Positions 56,368 to 64,000 of a stretch of DNA of 64,000 nt are shown piece after piece. Made by a program: the position numbers and the translations under genes. Position 1 is the stretch's first letter; each line of letters starts with the position of its first letter. The notes under the pieces were generated by a model. The model saw nothing but the letters and a program-made list of their open reading frames with translations, had not been told where the DNA came from and ran no database searches. The stretch comes from Flavobacteriales bacterium (lineage in GTDB: Bacteria > Bacteroidota > Bacteroidia > Flavobacteriales > TMED113): NCBI GenBank assembly GCA_002714185.1, contig PAWM01000006.1, positions 33,345 to 97,344 on the forward strand, given 5' to 3'.

Positions 56368-58863
56368 ATGAAAAAATATTGCATTTTTATTTTAGCTCTT
56401 TTATTAGTCTCCTGTTTTAATGACAGAGATATCAATGATGTTGACATTACTAAAGCAATTCCAAAAAATTCTGATTTAATAATTAAATATCACGATCCAT
56501 TTAAAATTTATTCAAAAATTAATGAATTTCCATGGTGGTCACAATTGAAAGCAATAGGTTTTTTATCTGATAATTTAAAGATTATAAAACAAATTAATAG
56601 TACTTATAATATTGCAGAACTATTTTATGGAAAAAATGTTTATCTAAGTTCAGTTATAATTGGAGAAAATATGAATAATATTCTTTTAATAACTAATATT
56701 TCTAATCTAGAAATAAAAGAAAATAAATTAGCTCAAACAATAAATAGCAATAAAAATAATGCTAAAAAATACGATGGAGTCATAATTAATAATATTAAGA
56801 TTGGTGACAACAAAGAAGACAAAAAAGATTTATTTTTCTCTATACATAATAATATATTTCTATTAAGTTTTTCTAAAATTATTATTGAAGAAAGCATTAG
56901 GCAGATTAATACAGAATCGAGTCTATTAGATTTAAATCCTATAAAAAAGCTAAATACTAATCTCCCAAAATATAGTGACTTAAATGTCCTTGTAAAAACA
57001 CAATTCTTAGAAAAATTAATTGGCCAAAAAAACATATTTCTCAACTCAAATACATGGTCATGTTTTGATTTAGAATTAAATGAAGATAATATTATTTTCA
57101 ATGGTGTTACAAATAGAGGTAAAATTAAATACTTAAAAAATAATCAATATAGTGACACACAAAATTCCGACATAGAAGCAATTTTACCAAGACATATAAA
57201 AGGTTTTTATAAATATCAAATTAACAACGAATCAGATTTAAACGAAGTAATTAATATTATTACTGATGGTGCTCACAAAAATATTTATCATCTATCATAT
57301 AAAGATTGGTCCCCGTCTGAAATTAATGTTGCATACACTGATCCAGTGTTTATGAAAAAATCACATATAATCTTCAAGCCAGATAAAAACAATATGTGCT
57401 TACAATATTTAAAAAAGCATCAAATAAATGAAAAAGAAAAATATCTAAAATATGATATTTATGAAATTACAAGAAAAAATATGCCTAAAGGTGATTGGTT
57501 AAATGAGTTATTATTAAAATGGAATAATATCTACTATACAAGTATAGGGAATTACTTTATTTTTTGTGAAAATAAACAAAATATCAAAGCATTAATTAAT
57601 AATAAAATATCCAAGCAGACAATTGGTGGCAGTAAGGCTTTAAAAATTATGTCACAAAAATTAGGATCTAAATCACACACCTCTTTTTATTTGAATTTTC
57701 AAAATCACAAACAAGAATGGAAAAAAGTTTTTAATTCAATACTATCAAAAAATATTGCATCAAAAGATTATTTTTTTAACTCAATTATTTTATTACACGA
57801 AAATACTACAATTCAAAACCCAACTGCTTGGACATTAAACCTTAATAATGAAACTACATATCAACCTCAATTTGTTCTTAATCATTACAACAATGAATTA
57901 GAGATTATGACCCAAGATGTTGAAAATATTATTTATTTAATCGATAATAGAGGTGATATTTTATGGAAAAAACAATTAAACAATACTATTATTAGTAAAA
58001 TTCACCAAATTGACAGATATAAAAATAATAAATTACAATACTTATTTAATACTAAAGATGCTATTCATTTAATTGATAGAAATGGAAAAAATGTATCTCC
58101 ATTTCCAATAAAAACTAATAATGAGATGTCAATACCACTGGGACTATTTGACTACGATGAAAATAAAAATTACAGAATTTTATCAATCATGAATAACCAA
58201 GTGGCTATGTATGATGATAATGGTCAAATCATTTCTGGATGGCAATTCACAAATGCAAATTCTAATATTCAAAATACACCAGAACATTATCAAATTTCAA
58301 ATAAAGACTACATCGTAATAAGCGAAGAAAATGGTACTACCCACTTATTAAATAGAAAAGGTCAACAAAGAGTAGTTGTAAAAGATAAAATTTATAGAAG
58401 TGACAATGGTTTTAATTTAATTTATAATAATTCGAAAGAAACCAGCAAATTAATTACTCTAGATAACAATAAAAATGTTATTTGTTTAAATTTCAATGGT
58501 GTTGTGGACACATTAAATCATAATTTATCTAGTGAAGACCAATATGTTAAAAATGATAATCAAGTTGTTATTATAAAAGAAAACAAATTGTTCTACTCAT
58601 CTAAAAAAAATACTTTTGAATTTAAATTCAAAACAAAGCCAGAATCATTACCTAAATTATTCTATAATAACGATTCTATTATAATTAGTGTGAAACATAA
58701 AAATGAAAATTTAATTTACTTAATTAATGAAAATGGACAACTATATACAACTCCATTTTTTGGAACCACGGATTATAGTATAAGCAAAGATTCAAAATCT
58801 GGTAAATTAAATTTAATAACAGGAAGTAAAGAAGGAGTAATTTATAATTATAAAATAAATTAA
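56368..58863 (+). CDS. Large conserved hypothetical lipoprotein (possibly DUF3352-like, C-terminal beta-propeller-like region)
   Basis: Probable start MKKYCIFILALLLVSC (lipobox) 1 nt after rnhB; QIDRYKNNKLQ, IDRNG..V..FP, FDYDENKNYR. Confidence 0.7.
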   Translation: MKKYCIFILALLLVSCFNDRDINDVDITKAIPKNSDLIIKYHDPFKIYSKINEFPWWSQLKAIGFLSDNLKIIKQINSTYNIAELFYGKNVYLSSVIIGENMNNILLITNISNLEIKENKLAQTINSNKNNAKKYDGVIINNIKIGDNKEDKKDLFFSIHNNIFLLSFSKIIIEESIRQINTESSLLDLNPIKKLNTNLPKYSDLNVLVKTQFLEKLIGQKNIFLNSNTWSCFDLELNEDNIIFNGVTNRGKIKYLKNNQYSDTQNSDIEAILPRHIKGFYKYQINNESDLNEVINIITDGAHKNIYHLSYKDWSPSEINVAYTDPVFMKKSHIIFKPDKNNMCLQYLKKHQINEKEKYLKYDIYEITRKNMPKGDWLNELLLKWNNIYYTSIGNYFIFCENKQNIKALINNKISKQTIGGSKALKIMSQKLGSKSHTSFYLNFQNHKQEWKKVFNSILSKNIASKDYFFNSIILLHENTTIQNPTAWTLNLNNETTYQPQFVLNHYNNELEIMTQDVENIIYLIDNRGDILWKKQLNNTIISKIHQIDRYKNNKLQYLFNTKDAIHLIDRNGKNVSPFPIKTNNEMSIPLGLFDYDENKNYRILSIMNNQVAMYDDNGQIISGWQFTNANSNIQNTPEHYQISNKDYIVISEENGTTHLLNRKGQQRVVVKDKIYRSDNGFNLIYNNSKETSKLITLDNNKNVICLNFNGVVDTLNHNLSSEDQYVKNDNQVVIIKENKLFYSSKKNTFEFKFKTKPESLPKLFYNNDSIIISVKHKNENLIYLINENGQLYTTPFFGTTDYSISKDSKSGKLNLITGSKEGVIYNYKIN

Positions 58864-59753
58864 AATTTTAATTTTTGTTGCAAATTCAGTTTTTGCCCAA
58901 TATAGGGTTCACTTCCAAATTCCATTCTATTTTTTTTATAAAGATGTTTTAATTTTATTCCATACAATTGAGAAATAGAATACATTGTCTCACTTTCTAA
59001 AACAATATGAAATGCTTTATATCCTTTTCGTCGCTTTGGTTGAAGATAAACTTTTTCACCCTCAAAAAGAAATCTATCAATTTCACACTCATTATATTTA
59101 AGTAATTCCCACAGCCAAACATCCATTTCCTCAGCAATATCATCATATAACTGACCTTCTTTAGCAATTACATATTTAATGAAATTATTTTCATACACAT
59201 TTTTTTTATCTCTAGAATTATTACTTCCATTTAATTTTATTAAATCAATTTTACTAGATTTTTCATGATCATATTTATCAAGATTATAATCATTAATTAA
59301 TTTAATTAGTTTCTTTGCATAAGTTTTATTAGTTGCATACCCTGCTTGTTGTAATCCTTTGGCCCAACCTTTGTAATCATTTTTTCTTAATTCAAATAAA
59401 AAAGCATATCGTTTTCTTTCTGACAAAAAGAGTGAATGATCTCTATAAGATTCATTAACATTATTATATTTTCTAAAACATTCTTGTTTTTCATCATCAT
59501 CATGATAAATTACAGATCCTGACCAATCAATATGACATTTAATACCAAAATGATTATTAGCATTTACTGCAAGGTTGCTCTCACCACTTCCCGACTCAAG
59601 AATACCTTGAGCCAGGGTTATACTTGCAGGTATATTATAAAGATACATTTCATTAACTGCTATATCCTTATACTTTTTCACATATTCTTGTATGATTTGA
59701 GAATATGACAATGTATAAGAAAAGATTAAAAAAAATAAAATATTTGCTTTCAT
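58860..59753 (-). CDS. GH73 glucosaminidase with LysM domain(s)
   Basis: IPASITLAQGILES, NNHFGIKC, GYAT; C-terminal ETMYSISQLYGI. Confidence 0.92.
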   Translation of the reverse strand: MKANILFFLIFSYTLSYSQIIQEYVKKYKDIAVNEMYLYNIPASITLAQGILESGSGESNLAVNANNHFGIKCHIDWSGSVIYHDDDEKQECFRKYNNVNESYRDHSLFLSERKRYAFLFELRKNDYKGWAKGLQQAGYATNKTYAKKLIKLINDYNLDKYDHEKSSKIDLIKLNGSNNSRDKKNVYENNFIKYVIAKEGQLYDDIAEEMDVWLWELLKYNECEIDRFLFEGEKVYLQPKRRKGYKAFHIVLESETMYSISQLYGIKLKHLYKKNRMEFGSEPYIGQKLNLQQKLKF

Positions 59754-59754
59754 T

Positions 59755-60645
59755 TTAATAACTAAAATTAAATCCTTCTAAACCTTGTAACCCACCTGTA
59801 TGTAAGACTATAATTTTTGAATTTGAAGGAAAATATCCTTTTTCAATTAAATTAAAAAGAGAATAAAAGAGTTTACCCATATAAATTAAATCTAGTTTAA
59901 TTTTATAATCCATATAAAATTGACTAACAAATTTAATTAAATTACTATTTATCTTTGCAAAACCACCAAAATGATTATCAGCAATTAAGTGCCAATTACT
60001 GTATAATTCAGAATTACAATAATTAACAATACTATTATGCTGTTCAAAAGTTTTATTAAATGCACAAAATCCAATGAATTGTTGATTACTATTTATAGAA
60101 CTAATAATACCTGATGCAGTACAGCCGGTCCCAACTGGACTACATATATAATCAAAATCACAATCTAATTCTGTGACTATTTCTTGACATCCTTTTACAC
60201 CAAGATGATTATTTCCTCCCTCAGGAATAATATAAAATTTTCCAAATAATTTTTGCAAGTCAAATAAAGTTTTTTTAGAATATTTAAATGATCTGTAAAT
60301 TGATCTATCTAAATAATGAAAATTCATATTTTGTGATTTACAAAAAGATAGAGTTGGATTAAGTTTTTTTTTATCCCCTCTTATAACACCAACTGATTTA
60401 AAGCCTAACTGATTTGCTGCATAACTTAATGCATGTAAATGATTAGAATACTCTCCACCAAAACTTAAAATTTGATTATATCCTTCTTTTTTAGCTAATT
60501 GAAAATTAAACTTTAATTTTCTCCATTTGTTACCAGAAATAATGTTATGAATTAGATCATCTCTTTTTATAAATACTTTAACTTCTTTTTTAACAAATAA
60601 ATTACAATTTATCTTTGTTATAATGCTAGGTATATTTAAATTCAA
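59755..60645 (-). CDS. ACC deaminase / D-cysteine desulfhydrase family PLP enzyme
   Basis: KRDDLIH..ISGNKWRKL, FGG.YSNH, IPEGG, HTGGLQG; TTG start. Confidence 0.9.
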   Translation of the reverse strand: MNLNIPSIITKINCNLFVKKEVKVFIKRDDLIHNIISGNKWRKLKFNFQLAKKEGYNQILSFGGEYSNHLHALSYAANQLGFKSVGVIRGDKKKLNPTLSFCKSQNMNFHYLDRSIYRSFKYSKKTLFDLQKLFGKFYIIPEGGNNHLGVKGCQEIVTELDCDFDYICSPVGTGCTASGIISSINSNQQFIGFCAFNKTFEQHNSIVNYCNSELYSNWHLIADNHFGGFAKINSNLIKFVSQFYMDYKIKLDLIYMGKLFYSLFNLIEKGYFPSNSKIIVLHTGGLQGLEGFNFSY

Positions 60646-60714
60646 AATTTATATAGTGTTTTATATATTAATTTGAAGTTAAATGATTATAATTAAAAAA
60701 CAAGAATATTCAAT

Positions 60715-61292
<578 letters not shown>

Positions 61293-61294
61293 TT

Positions 61295-63289
61295 ATGAAA
61301 AAAGTAGAGTTTTTTAAATTAATTCAACAAGGCATTCCGTCTAAATTACCACAAAAAAAAGAGTATTCTAAAGCAATCAATCATGCTCCATCTAAACAAC
61401 AAAATCTATCGAAAGAAGATAAAATACTAGCTGTTAAAAATGCACTTAGATATTTTCCAAAAAAACACCACAAAGAACTAATCAAAGAGTTTTTGGAAGA
61501 ATTAAAAAAATTTGGCAAAATATATATGTACCGCTTCAAACCTATTTATAAAATCACTTCTAAAAGTATTTATGATTTTCCACATAAGTCAACACAAGCA
61601 GCAAGCATTATGATGATGATTAGCAATAATCTTGATCATAGTGTCGCTCAACATCCAGATGAATTGATAACATATGGAGGTAATGGATCTGTTTTTCAAA
61701 ATTGGGCACAATACCTACTTACTATGCAATATCTATCTGAAATGACTAATAAGCAAAGTTTAGTTTTATACTCCGGTCATCCTTTAGGACTATTTCCTTC
61801 TCATAAGAATGCACCCAGAGTAATTATAACAAACGGTATGATGATTCCAAATTATTCTACTGCATCTGACTTGAATAGATTCAATGCTTTAGGTGTTACA
61901 CAATATGGACAAATGACTGCAGGGTCTTTTATGTATATTGGACCTCAAGGAATCGTTCATGGTACTGCAATTACTATATTAAATGCAGCAAGAATGTTAA
62001 AAAGCAACTCAAATAAAATTAAGCTATTTGTTTCATCTGGATTAGGTGGTATGAGCGGAGCACAACCTAAAGCTGCAAAAATTGCTGGATTAATTAGTGT
62101 AACTGCTTAGATTAATAAAAAAGCACTATATAAAAGATATGAACAAGGATGGATAGATGAGATAACATCTGATTTAGATAGATTAGTAAAAAGAATAAAA
62201 AATCTAAAAAAAATAAAAAAAATTGTTTCAATTGGATTCCATGGTAATATTATTGATGTATGGGAAAAATTTTATAAAGAAAATATATTTATTGATATTG
62301 GATCTGATCAGACTTCTTTACATAATCCATTTCAAGGTGGATATTATCCTAATAATTTATCATTTAAAGAATCTAACCAAATGATAAAAAATCAACCTGA
62401 TGAATTTAAAAAATTCGTAAAAAGGGCTTTGAAAAAACATGTGAAATATATTAATAAACACACTGATAAAGGAACATATTTCTTTGATTATGGTAATGCT
62501 TTTTTACTAGAAGCGAGTCGAGCTCATGCAGATATTTTAAAAGATAACGGAGAATTTAAATATCCCTCATATGTACAAGATATCATGGGACCAATGTGCT
62601 TTGATTACGGCTTTGGTCCATTTAGATGGATTTGTATGTCAAATAAAAAAGAAGATTTAGAGAGAACAGATAAAATAGCTCAATTAGAATTAAAAAAATT
62701 ACTTGTAGATGCCCCCAGTGAAATAAAACAACAAATGCAAGATAATATTGATTGGATAAAAGCTGCTAAAAATAATAATTTAGTTGTTGGATCACAAGCT
62801 AGAATACTTTATGCAAATAGCGATGGAAGAATTAATATTGCTCAAGCATTTAATAATGCCATCAAAAAAGGTGTAATAGGCCCAATTGTTATTGGACGAG
62901 ATCATCATGATGTTTCTGGAACAGATTCTCCTTTCAGAGAAACTTCTAACATTTATGATGGCTCGCAATATACTTCAGATATGTCAATTCAAAATGTAAT
63001 TGGTGATAGTTTTAGAGGAGCCACATGGGTATCGATTCACAATGGTGGAGGAGTTGGTTGGGGTGAGGTTATCAATGGAGGATTTGGATTACTATTAGAC
63101 GGATCCAAACAAGCTGAGGATAATCTAAAAAGTATGCTACACTGGGATGTTAATAATGGTATTGCACGAAGGTCTTGGGCAAGAAACAAAGAAGCTATCC
63201 AAGCTATTAAAACTGCTATGAAAAAAGAAAAATTCCTAAAAGTTACTATCCCTAATTTAGTAGATGAAAAACTTATTAAGAATCTTTAA
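61295..63289 (+). CDS. hutU: Urocanate hydratase, with in-frame TAG at 62108-62110
   Basis: GQMTAGS.MYIGPQGIVHGT, GLGGMSGAQ, SVTA*INKK...GSDQTSLHNP, GRDHHD, HNGGGVG; 665 codons in one frame. Confidence 0.93.
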
Positions 63290-64000
63290 TAATTTTTTCT
63301 AAATCCTGAAAAATGTTATCTACCCCATCTAAATTATCGCCAGAAGCAACTGCAAAAAAGGGTTGACCACCACCACGGGCATTAACATGAACACCAACTT
63401 CATTAATCAATTTAGAAGCATTTATTTTTCTTTTATTTACCAGAGATTTACTTAATGCTATATTTAAAATTACTTTATTATTTTTTTGTGTTGACAAAAC
63501 AATAAATATATTATCGTATTTATTAATTAAAGAAAAACAAATATTCTTCATTGTTTCGGGATCAACTTGTAATTGAGTGGAAATAAATTTTACTTTATTA
63601 ATATGTTTTATTTTACTTTCTAAGTTTTTAATTAAACTATCTGCTTGATTCTTTTTTACATCCTTACTTAACTTATCAAGATCTTTATTCTCTTTTATTA
63701 ATCTAGATACCTGAGCAAGAATATTGTCATTATTCTTTAGTAAAACTTTTATTTGATTTAGAGTGCTTAACTGTTTATTTACATAATTTAGTGCACTTAA
63801 GCTAGTCACGGCTTCTATTCTTCTAATTCCAGCAGCAATTGATGATTCTGATATAATCTTAAATAATCCTATTTCGGATGTTTTACTGACATGTGTTCCA
63901 CCGCACAATTCAATTGAATCACCAAATTCAATCACTCTAACAGTATTATCATATTTTTCTCCAAATAATGATAATGCACCATTTTTTCTAGCAACTTCTA
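63276..64000 (-). CDS. alaS: Alanine-tRNA ligase (3' part)
   Basis: ELCGGTHV, AAGIRRIEAVT, GGGQPFFA. Confidence 0.95.
   Translation of the reverse strand, partial: EVARKNGALSLFGEKYDNTVRVIEFGDSIELCGGTHVSKTSEIGLFKIISESSIAAGIRRIEAVTSLSALNYVNKQLSTLNQIKVLLKNNDNILAQVSRLIKENKDLDKLSKDVKKNQADSLIKNLESKIKHINKVKFISTQLQVDPETMKNICFSLINKYDNIFIVLSTQKNNKVILNIALSKSLVNKRKINASKLINEVGVHVNARGGGQPFFAVASGDNLDGVDNIFQDLEKIIKDS

Noticed and set aside
37-57101. Short antisense or alternate-frame ORFs in the track (e.g. 653-1045, 6504-7154, 28950-29339, 49891-50226)
   Set aside because: They are shadows of well-supported genes and have no recognisable motifs.

Overview
A very AT-rich, densely packed chromosomal segment of a Bacteroidota bacterium, Flavobacteriales-like. 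The assignment rests on fusA running directly into rpsJ, a fused lpxC-fabZ, porX, a T9SS cargo protein and TAnnTTTG promoters. The content is mostly housekeeping: the str/S10 ribosomal cluster, uvrD, murA, grpE-dnaJ with a sigma-54 activator, pheT, recG, purL, a beta-oxidation operon, obgE/adk/hpt/purE, aroA/aroB, ald/tsaE/porX, lipid A genes, efp, a Cys/Asp-rich T9SS protein, a wzx-wzz-ligase cluster, rnhB, hutU and the 3' part of alaS. No rRNA, tRNA, CRISPR or mobile element was recognised. The main anomaly is four otherwise intact conserved genes (rpsC, fusA, purL, hutU) that each carry one in-frame stop: TAG where Glu is expected (twice) and TGA where Gly is expected (twice). Each is one G>T change from GAG or GGA. 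Several conserved motifs elsewhere carry missense changes of the same G:C>T:A type, so damage or consensus error is at least as likely as true stop-codon readthrough. Also noted: a candidate sigma-54 promoter with a palindrome upstream of grpE, an uncalled 49-aa Cys-rich ORF, and a near-identical 60-bp tandem duplication in the T9SS protein. All homolog comparisons are from memory of the families, not from database searches.
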